Source of the DNA: Lentisphaeria bacterium
GTDB lineage: Bacteria; Verrucomicrobiota; Lentisphaeria; Oligosphaerales; CAITYL01
Direction of reading: 5' to 3'
DNA: 64,000 bases
NCBI GenBank assembly: GCA_041648735.1
Contig: JBAZOO010000010.1
Location: forward strand, 6,530-70,529
Shown here: positions 8,620 to 18,233 of the stretch, one piece after another
How positions within the stretch are numbered: position 1 is the first letter of the stretch
Layout: each line of letters opens with the position of its first letter
Position numbers and translations under genes: made by a program
The notes under the pieces: model-generated
Told to the model about the DNA's origin: nothing
What the model saw: the letters and a program-made list of their open reading frames with translations, nothing else
Database searches by the model: none

Positions 8620-9426
8620 TTAGTTCTGAGAGTCGTCGAGCCTGTAGATGACCACATTCGCGCGCGGCGTGACCCAATTCCACTTGTCCCAAGTGTCATT
8701 GAACGCGATCCGCTCCGCATGACCGTCCAGGAACAGGATGTTGTTGCCCTGGTTATGGCGGGCAAACTGAGGCAGCAGTGGATAAATGCCCTTGTTCGAG
8801 TCCGGCCAGAAGTAGTTATAGTTGGAGCAGGCAATGCGCTGCGAACACAGGGCATTCCAGGAGGGGCTGTCGAAGGCCAGGTAGGTGCAGTCGGCGAAGT
8901 ACACCACGCTCGACAACTGTTTCCATTGCGTCAGTTTCGGGGACTTCCAGGGATCGCCTGGCCCCCCATTTGGGCTGCTGGCAGTATTGGAGTTCAGCCC
9001 ATAGCTGATCCGCGTCGTCGTCGCATTGGTGGTACCGGGGTACAGGTCGTCAATCCCCAGCCCTTGCGACCCATTCAACGGGTTGACTGCCATCAGATGC
9101 ATGCGCCTATCACCGGTGTCGCTCGGACAGGCAAGGGCTTTCAATAGCGGCGGGTCTGATGCCAACAGCTTCTTAACCGGTGAAAAGCTGTAATAGGCGG
9201 CGTTGGCCCACGGATCGGTATAGGCCGGCAGAAAACCCTCGTTGTCGGTGACGTACATCGCTGTAGCCAGCCCGATCTGCCGCAGGTTGCTCAGGCAGGC
9301 CACCGCCTGCGCCGAACTCCGCGCCTTGCTTAAGGCCGGCAGCAGGATGCTGATCAAAACAGCGATAATGCCGATGGCCACCAGCAGTTCCACCAACGTA
9401 AAACCGTGCGTTCGCGAGTGTCTCAT
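8620..9426 (-). CDS. Prepilin-type N-terminal cleavage/methylation domain protein (DUF1559 / H-X9-DG pseudopilin-like)
   Basis: The N-terminus is MRHSRTHG|[24 protein letters not shown]. The C-terminal motif [15 protein letters not shown] is typical of DUF1559. Confidence 0.85.
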   Translation of the reverse strand: MRHSRTHGFTLVELLVAIGIIAVLISILLPALSKARSSAQAVACLSNLRQIGLATAMYVTDNEGFLPAYTDPWANAAYYSFSPVKKLLASDPPLLKALACPSDTGDRRMHLMAVNPLNGSQGLGIDDLYPGTTNATTTRISYGLNSNTASSPNGGPGDPWKSPKLTQWKQLSSVVYFADCTYLAFDSPSWNALCSQRIACSNYNYFWPDSNKGIYPLLPQFARHNQGNNILFLDGHAERIAFNDTWDKWNWVTPRANVVIYRLDDSQN

Positions 9427-9530
9427 AGACTAGCTTTTCGCATTGCGGGTGGCATGGCGCCAACATCGAGAACATCCGCCAAAGCGGCGCAAGTCGGGTT
9501 AGGCCCTGCGCCGCAAGGTGACTTGTCGTT

Positions 9531-10304
9531 TTATGCCTGACGACGCCGACGGGCTAGCAGACCCATCACTGCTGCCCCAAGCGCCAGACCGAGGGTCGCC
9601 GGTTCGGGAACCGGCGCGATCTCGAACCCGTTGATCTTTCCTTGGACGCCGCTTGCCCCCGCCGCAAACGTGAGCCGTCCGTTCGCGTCGCTGGTGACCG
9701 TGCTGGTCAGGGAGAAGATGGAATTCGGCGTCGTGGCGTCAAAGGTATAGGGAGCCGTCCAACTGATGGTGCCCAAGGTCGTGCCGGGAGTGACGCTGTC
9801 CAGCCCGGTCCGGTTGGTGAACGTGGAGGTTCCCGAGCCCCTGTCATCGTAGGCATAAAACGTCACGCTGTAGGCCGTGTTTGCGGACAAGCCAGGGCCG
9901 TAGATCTGCAATGCGAGCGAGTCAATACCACTGTTCCTGCCGATAATTACGTCTCTATACAGGTCGTTGTAGGTGAATGTTCCACCTTCGAACGTGGGAG
10001 CACTCCATAGGCGGGCGGTCACGCCATTAGAGGTGGAGCCGGTGGAATTGAGGATTCCATTACTATCCACGGAAGTATCGCCGGCGGTTTTGACCGTGAA
10101 GTTGCCGGAATTGTAGGTATACGTCACAACCCCGCCGGCTTCGCCGCTTGCCGCCAGAGCCCCTTGAAACCCCGTTTCGGTGAGTCCGCCACTTTGATCC
10201 GAATTGAAATCGACCGCCAAGAGCGGTGCCGCGTCAGCGCTGCCTGTCAAGGACGCCACACCCAGGGCGGCTACCGCCATCCGGATCACATTCTTCGCTC
10301 GCAT
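9531..10304 (-). CDS. PEP-CTERM sorting-domain surface protein
   Basis: The ATG at 10304 is preceded by gaggagg. The signal peptide is MRAKNVIRMAVAALGVASLTGSADA. The C-terminus is VPEPATLGLALGAAVMGLLARRRRQA. The 5' extension shown in the ORF track is rejected. Confidence 0.8.
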   Translation of the reverse strand: MRAKNVIRMAVAALGVASLTGSADAAPLLAVDFNSDQSGGLTETGFQGALAASGEAGGVVTYTYNSGNFTVKTAGDTSVDSNGILNSTGSTSNGVTARLWSAPTFEGGTFTYNDLYRDVIIGRNSGIDSLALQIYGPGLSANTAYSVTFYAYDDRGSGTSTFTNRTGLDSVTPGTTLGTISWTAPYTFDATTPNSIFSLTSTVTSDANGRLTFAAGASGVQGKINGFEIAPVPEPATLGLALGAAVMGLLARRRRQA

Positions 10305-10514
10305 AACAACCTCCTCTTTCATTCGGACTTGTCTCTTTTCACATTTCCGGCAAGCCCGCCGCCGGTAATGCATTGCTCTGCCGCACCGCGGCAGGGCTTG
10401 TATTCACACGCTTGCCGTCTCCTGCTCAACAATCGCCTCGTCTGGCCGAACCTGCCGCCAGGGCGCGGTCCTCTCCGCAAACCCTGCGGGGTGCAGCAAC
10501 GGCGACGGACCCAC

Positions 10515-11450
10515 TCAGTCGCGCCGCACGCGCCGCCCGAGCAGACACAAAGACGCCATCCCGATCAGACCAATCGCCACTGGCTCAGGGATCGGCGTCA
10601 CCTCTGCCAGACCTGCATTCCCACTCGCATTCGAGATGCGAAACGCGGAAAATCCGACGTTGAAAGCCGCAAATGCTGTAAACTGAAACTGACCGCCGGC
10701 GTTGAAGCTAACTGGAACGGTCGTGCTGTCGCTGCTGCGCTGGAGGACGTCGGTGCTGGCAGTTCCCGTGGCGGCGCCGTTGAGCGCGGCCTCGGTCAGG
10801 CCGTTCGTCTCGAAGTTGCCAAACTGGTCTGCGGTCAGAATCCATTGCGTGGCAGTTTGCGTCGTGCCTCCCGCCGCGCCGACATTGTCAATTTTGAAGA
10901 TCACAAGGTTGGTCTGTAAATCCGTCAAGGGCGTGCCGGCAGACACAGGCGCGGTACCGCCACTGAGCGAAATATTGCCCTGCGCACTGTTGCGTATCCT
11001 CGGAGCCGAAACGAACTGTGTCCCGTCGGAGATAGCCGTCACTGAGGCGGCCGTGTTGTTGGTGGGATTCGGGTGCCACCAGTACGCCCCGGAAGTGGTC
11101 ACCAGGTAGCTCCCCCACAACGTGCCGCCAGCGCTGATCGCGGCGGAATGTGTGACGCTTGCAACCTGTTCTCCCCAAGGGTCGCCGCTAGTGCTAACAC
11201 TGATGTTCAATGAACCACCCCCGACCTTGAGGTTGCCGAATGACAGGCCTGTTGGGCTGTAGGTGGCCTTGGCAGCAGTACCAGTCCAATTACCGGAAAG
11301 GCCGATGCCCGTCGCAGCGACGCCGCCGATGTCCCCGGTACTTGCGCCATAGTTGAACTCTTCATCGACGATCAGTGCAGCCCAAGCGCTGCCTGTCAAT
11401 GACGCCGCGCCCAGGGCGGCCACGGCCGCCGCATACCATTTCCGTTTCAT
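10515..11450 (-). CDS. PEP-CTERM sorting-domain surface protein
   Basis: The ATG at 11450 is preceded by aaggag. The signal peptide is MKRKWYAAAVAALGAASLTGSAWA. The C-terminus is IPEPVAIGLIGMASLCLLGRRVRRD. Confidence 0.8.
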   Translation of the reverse strand: MKRKWYAAAVAALGAASLTGSAWAALIVDEEFNYGASTGDIGGVAATGIGLSGNWTGTAAKATYSPTGLSFGNLKVGGGSLNISVSTSGDPWGEQVASVTHSAAISAGGTLWGSYLVTTSGAYWWHPNPTNNTAASVTAISDGTQFVSAPRIRNSAQGNISLSGGTAPVSAGTPLTDLQTNLVIFKIDNVGAAGGTTQTATQWILTADQFGNFETNGLTEAALNGAATGTASTDVLQRSSDSTTVPVSFNAGGQFQFTAFAAFNVGFSAFRISNASGNAGLAEVTPIPEPVAIGLIGMASLCLLGRRVRRD

Positions 11451-11851
11451 GCCTTTGCTCCTTTGTCTGGCCCCTTGAGTGCCGGGGCATCCGCCAGGCG
11501 GGCCTTCGGGGGGATGCCTGGTTGCCTTCGGGGGTGGAGCCGCGAAGAGACAACACCGAGGAATGTATCCGTCACGGGCCACCGCCGCCAGCGGCCAGGA
11601 GGGGCAATTATCAGGACGTCCGGATACCGCCATTCTGGCGCGGCCCGGCAAGCGACACCACCGGTTTGGACGTCCCCCTGCCGGGGTGCTGACATTCTCC
11701 GTCCCATGGCCGGTGGTGTCGCTGCGCTCAACCGCCGGCTACCGGCGGTGACACCGCCGGTGTCCATCCCGCTTCCCCATTTGGAGGTTGGATATTCTTT
11801 GCTGGATATTGGATGTTGAAGGACGCACGGCCCCGACTCCGGCAGAGGTTT

Positions 11852-11925
11852 CCACCCGGCGCGCCGCGGGTTCTTTTCGGCAGCGGCATTGGCAGCGAAA
11901 ACTTGGTTCCGGCTATGCCGGGTCA
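11852..11925. repeat. ~74-bp repeat, left copy (inverted partner at 13104..13178)
   Basis: The sequence ccacccggcgcgccgcgggttcttttcggcagcggcattggcagcgaaaacttggttccggctatgccgggtca aligns by eye to the reverse complement of 13104..13178 with only scattered mismatches. Confidence 0.85.
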
Positions 11926-11976
11926 GGGATGGGTGTGAAGTTATTTTGCAACGGCCCCTTACGCTCCGTCGCGGCA

Positions 11977-13026
11977 TTATTCCGGCTTCGGGATCAGCAG
12001 GGTGCGGCCGGGATGCCACGAGCCGCGGATGATCGTATCCCGGGCAATCCTGGGCACGCCGAACTGGCGGCTGCGCATGAAAGAAACCACCAGTTCCGCG
12101 GCGATGGCGCCCGTTTCCCGCCGGTTGGAACAGACGCCGGCCCAGTCGCTGACATCGTCGTCGGTGGCGAGGTGGACGACGCCGACGTCCATGGGAACAC
12201 GAAACCCGGCCGCCTCCACGCACGCCACAAGCCGATTGCTCTGGCACACGACCACGTCGGGCTTGCAGCGCGACAGCCACGCCACAATCTGTCGTTTCGC
12301 CGCGGGCCAGCGGGTTGGCACTTCATTATAAAACAGGGGCGGAACGGTGTTGCATTCCGGAATCGTCGCCTGGAAATGGTGTGCCGCGATCCGGCAGGCG
12401 TGATCCGTGCCGCGGTCGAAATCGTCGGTAAGACAGATGCCAATCCGTTGATAGCCGCCGCGCTTCACCATCTTGAGGGCGAGGAGAAAATTATAGTATA
12501 AATCGGCCGTGATCCGGTGGAGATGCGGCACGAGCAGATTTTTGCCGATGGAGACGCCGGCCAGGCGATCCCAGTCGAGCTGGAGATGGGTGGCGGTGGG
12601 GGTGACAATGACCCCCTCGATCCCCCGCCGGTGGAGCCGCCGGGAAAGGCGCGGCATGGTCATGCCGGGCTCATGGAGCCAGATTTCCTCCAGCCGGTAG
12701 CCAAGCTGCCGGGCGCGCTCGCGGGCGCCTTCCAGGTAAGGCGCGTGGAATTGGTATTTCTGCCAGGCGTCTTGTTCCAGGTTGGTGTTCAGCCAGGCAA
12801 TGGGCAGAAGTTCCTTGGTGGCGGCTTCCCGCACACTTGCCATCACCGAGGCAATGCGGGCATCCGGCACATAGCCGAGCTGTTTGGCAAGGCGTAGCAC
12901 CCGGGCCTGGGTCGCCGGGTTGACGCCGGGATGGTTCCGCAACGCATCGCTCACGGTGGTCTTGGAGATTCCCGCGGCCACGGCAATGGCCCGGATGCTG
13001 ACTCGTTGAAGGTTGTTTTTCTTCAT
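11977..13026 (-). CDS. LacI-family transcriptional regulator
   Basis: The ATG at 13026 gives MKKNNLQRVSIRAIAVAAGISKTTVSDALRNHPGVNPATQARVLRLAKQLGYVPD, a LacI helix-turn-helix. A periplasmic-binding-like sugar-sensor domain follows. Confidence 0.85.
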   Translation of the reverse strand: MKKNNLQRVSIRAIAVAAGISKTTVSDALRNHPGVNPATQARVLRLAKQLGYVPDARIASVMASVREAATKELLPIAWLNTNLEQDAWQKYQFHAPYLEGARERARQLGYRLEEIWLHEPGMTMPRLSRRLHRRGIEGVIVTPTATHLQLDWDRLAGVSIGKNLLVPHLHRITADLYYNFLLALKMVKRGGYQRIGICLTDDFDRGTDHACRIAAHHFQATIPECNTVPPLFYNEVPTRWPAAKRQIVAWLSRCKPDVVVCQSNRLVACVEAAGFRVPMDVGVVHLATDDDVSDWAGVCSNRRETGAIAAELVVSFMRSRQFGVPRIARDTIIRGSWHPGRTLLIPKPE

Positions 13027-13103
13027 CTTTGTCCGTGTAGGCCAGCGTATTCCAAAGCGTGACAAAGATATGCTAAACGGTATATTGGAAAATGCCAACT
13101 CCC

Positions 13104-13178
13104 TACCCCGGCATAGCCGGAACCGAGTTTTCGCTGCCGATACCGACCCCGAAAAGAACCCCGAGGCGCGCCGGTAAG
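13104..13178. repeat. ~74-bp repeat, right copy (inverted relative to 11852..11925)
   Basis: See the left copy. Both copies give the same artefactual peptide RKLGSGYAG in the ORF track (ORFs 11788..12501 + and 13023..13457 -). Confidence 0.85.
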
Positions 13179-13281
13179 GCATTTTCCCCCTCTCCCCAAG
13201 CTCCGCAAATTGCGGCGGCGGCGGCGCGGCCTATATTCCAAACGGTCGTTCGGATCCTGGAGAACTGGCAACGGTGGGCTG

Positions 13282-14415
13282 ATGGGGCGCCAAATGCAGG
13301 AAACGGCAGCGGCGGCAAGTTGGCAGGTGCGGGAGGGAGTGGCGTTCCTGGCCGGCCGGCTGGACGCCGCCGGGGCCGCCGCGCTCTGGCCGGTTTTGCG
13401 GCTGCCGCCGCCGCCCGCCGCCGGAGCCGCCCTCCAGGTTGACGCCAGCGGCGTCACCTACTGCGACGGCGCCGGGCTCGCACTGCTGCTCCAGCTCCAG
13501 CGCCTGGCCGCCGCCGCCGGCTGCGGACTCCGCATCACCGGCCTGGCGGAAGGGGCGGCCCGGCTGCTGGCCCCCTTCGACCCGGCCGGCTATGCCGAAG
13601 TCGGCGAACCGCCGCCGCGGCCGGTGAAGCTGCCCGCCCAGGTGGGCGAGGCCGCCCATGCCATTGGCCGCGACCTGGTGGCGCTGCTGGCCTATGTCGG
13701 CGAACTGACGGCCATGCTGGCCCGGGCACTGCGGAATCCGCGGCGAATCCGCTGGCGGGACGTGACACTGGTCGCGGAGACCGCCGGCACCGACGCGCTG
13801 CCGATCGTCCTGCTGGTCGGGTTCCTGCTCGGGCTGATCCTGGCCTTCCAGGCGGCGATCCCGATGCGGATGTTCGGCGCGGACCTGTTCGTCGCCAGCC
13901 TGGTCGGCATCTCCATTGTCCGCGAGCTGGGGCCGCTGATGACGGCGATCGTGCTCACCGGCCGCTCCGGCTCGGCCTTCGCCGCCGAGATCGGCACGAT
14001 GACCGTCAACGAGGAGGTGGACGCCCTGGCCACCATGGGGCTGGAGCCGGTGTGGTTCCTGGCGGTGCCGCGGGTGCTGGCCGGAACCGTGGTGACGCCG
14101 CTGCTGACGATCTTCGCGAACCTGGCGGGGCTGGCCGGCGGGCTGGTGGTGATGCTGGTGCTGGGCTTCCCCTTCGTCACCTACGTGAACCAGATCAAGG
14201 AGTTCGTGGGCTGGGGCGACCTGGCCGGGGGGCTCGCCAAGGCGGTGGCCTTCGGCTTCCTGGTCTCGGCCATCGGCTGCCTGCGCGGGCTCCAGACCGG
14301 GCGCGGCCCCAGCGCCGTGGGCGCCGCCACGACCCGCGCGGTGGTCAGCGGCATTGTCCTGATCACGGTGGCCGACGGCCTCTTCGCCGTCCTCTTCCAT
14401 TGTCTTGGCTGGTGA
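13282..14415 (+). CDS. mlaE: MlaE-type ABC permease with N-terminal STAS domain
   Basis: A STAS-like N-terminus (WQVREGVAFLAGRLD...VDASGVTYCDGAGLALLLQLQRL) is followed by a multi-TM MlaE-like permease. The start is ATG 13282 or 13294. Confidence 0.8.
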   Translation: MGRQMQETAAAASWQVREGVAFLAGRLDAAGAAALWPVLRLPPPPAAGAALQVDASGVTYCDGAGLALLLQLQRLAAAAGCGLRITGLAEGAARLLAPFDPAGYAEVGEPPPRPVKLPAQVGEAAHAIGRDLVALLAYVGELTAMLARALRNPRRIRWRDVTLVAETAGTDALPIVLLVGFLLGLILAFQAAIPMRMFGADLFVASLVGISIVRELGPLMTAIVLTGRSGSAFAAEIGTMTVNEEVDALATMGLEPVWFLAVPRVLAGTVVTPLLTIFANLAGLAGGLVVMLVLGFPFVTYVNQIKEFVGWGDLAGGLAKAVAFGFLVSAIGCLRGLQTGRGPSAVGAATTRAVVSGIVLITVADGLFAVLFHCLGW

Positions 14416-15254
14416 AGGTTGGAAAGGCGGTCCTGGTGCCGGACAACGGACGCCAACTTGAAGCGCTGATCGAAGTCGAGGACCTGGCCGCCGGCTATGG
14501 CGACCAAGTGATCCTGGAGCACGTCTCCTTCCGCGTGCGCCGCGGCGAGGTGCTGGCGATCCTGGGCGGCTCCGGCTGCGGCAAGAGCACCTTGCTCAAG
14601 CATCTCATCGGCCTGCTGCCGCCCCTGGCCGGGCGGATCCGGCTCGCGGGCGATGATTTCACGGCGGCAACGGGCGAAGCCAGGCTGCGGCTGCTGCGCC
14701 AGTTCGGGGTGCTCTTCCAGGCCGGGGCCCTCTTCGGCTCGATGTCGCTCCTGGAGAATGTCCGGCTGCCGCTGGAGGAGTTCACCGGACTGCCGCGGGA
14801 GGCGGCGGACCTGGTGGCGCTGATGAAGCTGGAGCTGGTCGGGCTCAAGCCGTTCGCCCACCACCTCCCCGCCGAGGTCAGCGGCGGCATGCAGAAGCGG
14901 GCGGCCCTCGCCCGGGCCATGGCGCTGGATCCGGCAATCCTCTTCCTCGACGAACCCTCGGCCGGCCTCGACCCCGTCACCTCCGCCGCCTTGGACGCCC
15001 TGGTCCGCCGCCTGGCGGAGGTGCTCGGCATCACCTTCGTCGTGGTCACCCACGAACTGCCCAGCATCTTCGCGGTGGCCGACCGGGTGCTCTTCCTCGA
15101 CCGTACGGCCAAAGGCGTGATCGCCGAGGGCGACCCGCGGACCCTGCGCGACGCCTGCCCCGACCCGCGGGTGCGCCGCTTCTTCCGGCGCGAGGCGGAC
15201 AACGGCGACCCCACAACCCCAACGGCAGCCGGAACTCCCCGGGAGCGGCCATGA
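14412..15254 (+). CDS. mlaF: MlaF-type ABC ATP-binding protein
   Basis: The GTG at 14412 overlaps the mlaE stop (GTGA). The Walker A is GGSGCGKST, the signature is VSGGMQKR and the Walker B is ILFLDEP. Confidence 0.85.
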   Translation: MKVGKAVLVPDNGRQLEALIEVEDLAAGYGDQVILEHVSFRVRRGEVLAILGGSGCGKSTLLKHLIGLLPPLAGRIRLAGDDFTAATGEARLRLLRQFGVLFQAGALFGSMSLLENVRLPLEEFTGLPREAADLVALMKLELVGLKPFAHHLPAEVSGGMQKRAALARAMALDPAILFLDEPSAGLDPVTSAALDALVRRLAEVLGITFVVVTHELPSIFAVADRVLFLDRTAKGVIAEGDPRTLRDACPDPRVRRFFRREADNGDPTTPTAAGTPRERP

Positions 15255-16393
15255 GCACCACCAGAGCCAATTACGTGAAAGTCGGGATGTTCGTGTTGAC
15301 GGCGGCGGCGCTGGCCATCGCCGGCGCGATCCTGTTCGGCGCCGGCACGTTGTTCAAGAAGATGATCCTGGCGGAGACCTACTTGGACGAGTCGGTCCAG
15401 GGGCTGGACGTCGGCTCGCCGGTCAAGCACCGGGGGGTCAAGGTCGGCACCGTCAAGGAGATCCATTTCGCCGGCAACCAATACCCGGTCCGGCACGACA
15501 CGCCGGCGGCCCATCGCGCCCGCCGCTACGTCCGGATCGTCCTGGCCCTGGAGAATGCGCGGCTCGGCACCTTCACCGACCCGGCCGAGCTGCAACAGGC
15601 GATCCGCGAGGGGCTCCGCATCCGCGCCGCCTCCCAAGGGGTCACCGGCATCCTCTACCTGAACATGGATTATGCCGACCCGAAACGCGCCCGGGAACGG
15701 GACCTGCCCCTCTTCTGGGAGCCGGAGCTGCCCTACATCCCCTCCTCCTCCAGCACCATCGCCCAGTTCACCGACGCCGTCCAAAAACTCTTCGTGCGCC
15801 TGGAGACGCTGGACCTGGAGGGGATCGCCAGCGAACTGCAAACCACCCTCCGCACGGGCCGCGCCACCCTGGAGGCCGTGCAACTGCCGGAACTGCGGGA
15901 CGAGGCCCTGGGGACCCTGCGGGACCTGCGCGCCACCAACCAGCGCCTCCAAAAGCTGCTGGACGCCCCGGAGACCCGGCAGCTCCACACCGCCGCCGCC
16001 GCCGCCGCCGCCAGCCTCCGCCGCACCGCGGAACAGGTCGAGGCCGCCGCCCCAACCCTGGCCACCGACGCCGCCGCCATCGCCGCCCACCTCAACCAGA
16101 CCCTGGCGGACGGCAACCTCGACCGCGCCGCCGCCAGCCTCGCCCAAACCTTGCAGACGGTCAACCGCGGCGTCCTCGCCAACCAGCCGACGCTGGCCGA
16201 AACCCTGGAGAACCTGCGCCAAGCCTCCGCGCAGCTCAACGAACTGCTCACCATCGCCCGCGACTATCCATCGCTCCTCCTCTTCGGCACCCCCCCGCCC
16301 GCCACCGCCATGCCGCCGCCGGCGGCGGAACGGCGCGACGGCAAACGGAACCCGCCGCCCCCGCAGCACCCCCAACCCGGAGCAAAGCCATGA
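15251..16393 (+). CDS. mlaD: MlaD/MCE-domain substrate-binding protein
   Basis: Its start overlaps the mlaF stop (ATGA). An N-terminal TM helix is followed by an MCE domain (SPVKHRGVKVGTVKEIHF). The C-terminal extension is long, helical and Pro-rich. Confidence 0.8.
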   Translation: MSTTRANYVKVGMFVLTAAALAIAGAILFGAGTLFKKMILAETYLDESVQGLDVGSPVKHRGVKVGTVKEIHFAGNQYPVRHDTPAAHRARRYVRIVLALENARLGTFTDPAELQQAIREGLRIRAASQGVTGILYLNMDYADPKRARERDLPLFWEPELPYIPSSSSTIAQFTDAVQKLFVRLETLDLEGIASELQTTLRTGRATLEAVQLPELRDEALGTLRDLRATNQRLQKLLDAPETRQLHTAAAAAAASLRRTAEQVEAAAPTLATDAAAIAAHLNQTLADGNLDRAAASLAQTLQTVNRGVLANQPTLAETLENLRQASAQLNELLTIARDYPSLLLFGTPPPATAMPPPAAERRDGKRNPPPPQHPQPGAKP

Positions 16394-17070
16394 CCTGGAC
16401 AAACCACGGCCGGCGCCTGGCCGGATTCCTGACGGGGAGCGCCGCCCTCCTCCTCGCCGCGGCCGGCTGCCTCGGCGGGCTGCGCCGCGAAATGCCGCTG
16501 AAGCAAAGCTATCTCCTCGAGGCCCGCCGCCCGGCCGACGCCCAACCCCCAGCCGCACCCGCGGTGCCGGAATGGCTCAGGATCCAGCCCTTCCGCGCCA
16601 CGGCCGGCCAGGAGGGGAAAGGGCTGCCCTACCGGCTCGACGACCTGCGCGGCCGCCGGGAGTCCCTCCACGAGTTCGCCAGCCCGCCAGCCGCCCTGCT
16701 GACCCAGCAGGCCCGGGACTGGCTGGGCGCCGCCCGGCTCTTTGCCGGCGTCGTCGCCCCCGGCGGCGCCACGGCGGCGGCCTACTCCCTCGAAGGCGTG
16801 CTCCACGAGATCGGCGCCGACCTCCGCGGCGACGAACCCACGGCCGTGCTCGAACTCCAGTTCACCCTGGTGGACGAACGCTCCCCCAGCTTCGCCGTCC
16901 GCCGCCAGGCCCGCTACCGCGAAACGCTGCCGCTGCCCGACGCCACCCCGGCGACCGTCGTCCGCGGCCTCGACCAGGCCCTGGCCCGCATCCTCGCCCG
17001 CCTCGAGGCCGACCTGCGCCAGGAGCTGGCCACCCCGCCCGCCCCAGCCGCTCCAGCCCCAGCACCCTGA
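16390..17070 (+). CDS. ABC-transport auxiliary lipoprotein (DUF330/PqiC-like)
   Basis: Its start overlaps the mlaD stop (ATGA). The lipobox is LLAAAGC. This is the typical last gene of MCE operons. Confidence 0.7.
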   Translation: MTWTNHGRRLAGFLTGSAALLLAAAGCLGGLRREMPLKQSYLLEARRPADAQPPAAPAVPEWLRIQPFRATAGQEGKGLPYRLDDLRGRRESLHEFASPPAALLTQQARDWLGAARLFAGVVAPGGATAAAYSLEGVLHEIGADLRGDEPTAVLELQFTLVDERSPSFAVRRQARYRETLPLPDATPATVVRGLDQALARILARLEADLRQELATPPAPAAPAPAP

Positions 17071-17282
17071 ACCGCAAAATGGCCACACCAGCTTGCCCGC
17101 CGCCTTGGCTTAGGCAGGTCCCCGTGCGGGCCGCCCCCCGTTAGCGAATTCACTCCACCCGCTTATTCCTTGCAATAAATCGCAGGCAGTGTATTTTTTC
17201 ATTGCAAAATCAAGCCCGCTGCGGGCGGAAAATCGGCGGCGGGTGGGCGACACGGCCCATGGAATGCATCTGAAAAAAGAAC

Positions 17283-18233
17283 ATGGAGCCCGGCGACATG
17301 CACCGGCTTGCCAAGGAAAAACTCCAGGCGTGGAAGGCGTCCGCCAATCGCAAGCCCCTGATCCTCAGGGGAGCGCGGCAGGTCGGAAAGACATGGCTGC
17401 TCAAGGAATTTGGACGGGCGAATTTTCCGTCCATCCATTATGTGAATTTCGAGGAGGACGAACGGCTCGGACGCCTGTTCGAGAAGGATCTGCGGCCGGC
17501 ACGGATTTTGGATGAGTTGCGGTTTCATTTCGGGTGCCCGCTGGATGCCGCGACCGATCTTCTGGTCTTCGACGAGATCCAGCGCTGTCCGCGGGCGCTC
17601 ACGGCGCTCAAGTATTTCGCCGAGGAAATGCCGGCGGCGGCAGTCTGCGCCGCAGGGTCGTTGCTGGGCGTTGGTTTGGCGCCGGAGGCTTTCCCTGTCG
17701 GCAAGGTGACCTTCCTTGATCTCTTTCCGATGACCTTTGAAGAATTCCTGCTGGGCATCGGCGAGACGATGCTGGCGCAAACACTGGCCGCCATGGAACC
17801 GGGCCTGCCACTGCCCGAAATGGCACACGGGCGGCTGTGGGAAATCTGGAAACACTACTTGGTTGTCGGTGGCATGCCGGAAGCGGTCAAAGCCTATGCG
17901 GCCCGGCGTGCGGACAGCGTGTACGACGCCTTCTCCGCCGTCCGGAAAACCCAGCGGGATCTGGCGGATGCCTATCTTGCGGACATCGCCAAGCACAGCG
18001 GCAAAGTCAACGCCCTGCACATCGAGCGGCTCTGGCGCAACGTTCCGGCACAACTGGCGCGCATGCAGGACATGCAGTTGCCGCGCTTCCGGTTCAAGGA
18101 TGCCGTTGCCGGCCTTGCCGGCTATGGGCGGCTCTCCGGCCCGCTTGACTGGCTGGAAAGCGCCGGCCTGCTCATCCGGGCGTCCATCGTGGAGAAACCG
18201 GCCATCCCCCTTTCCTCAAGGCTCTCGTCGTAG
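17283..18233 (+). pseudogene. AAA ATPase (DUF4143 family), N-terminal two thirds, interrupted by the 112-bp repeat
   Basis: The Walker A is RGARQVGKTW and the Walker B is LLVFDEIQRCP. The frame terminates inside repeat copy B. The expected middle part (FKLY..DVGLL region) is absent. Confidence 0.8.

Noticed and set aside
17181-17218. An inverted repeat TTGCAAT-N24-ATTGCAA upstream of the ATPase pseudogene, as an operator.
   Set aside because: The arms are only 7 bp, the spacer is long, and the downstream gene is degraded. This is too weak to call.
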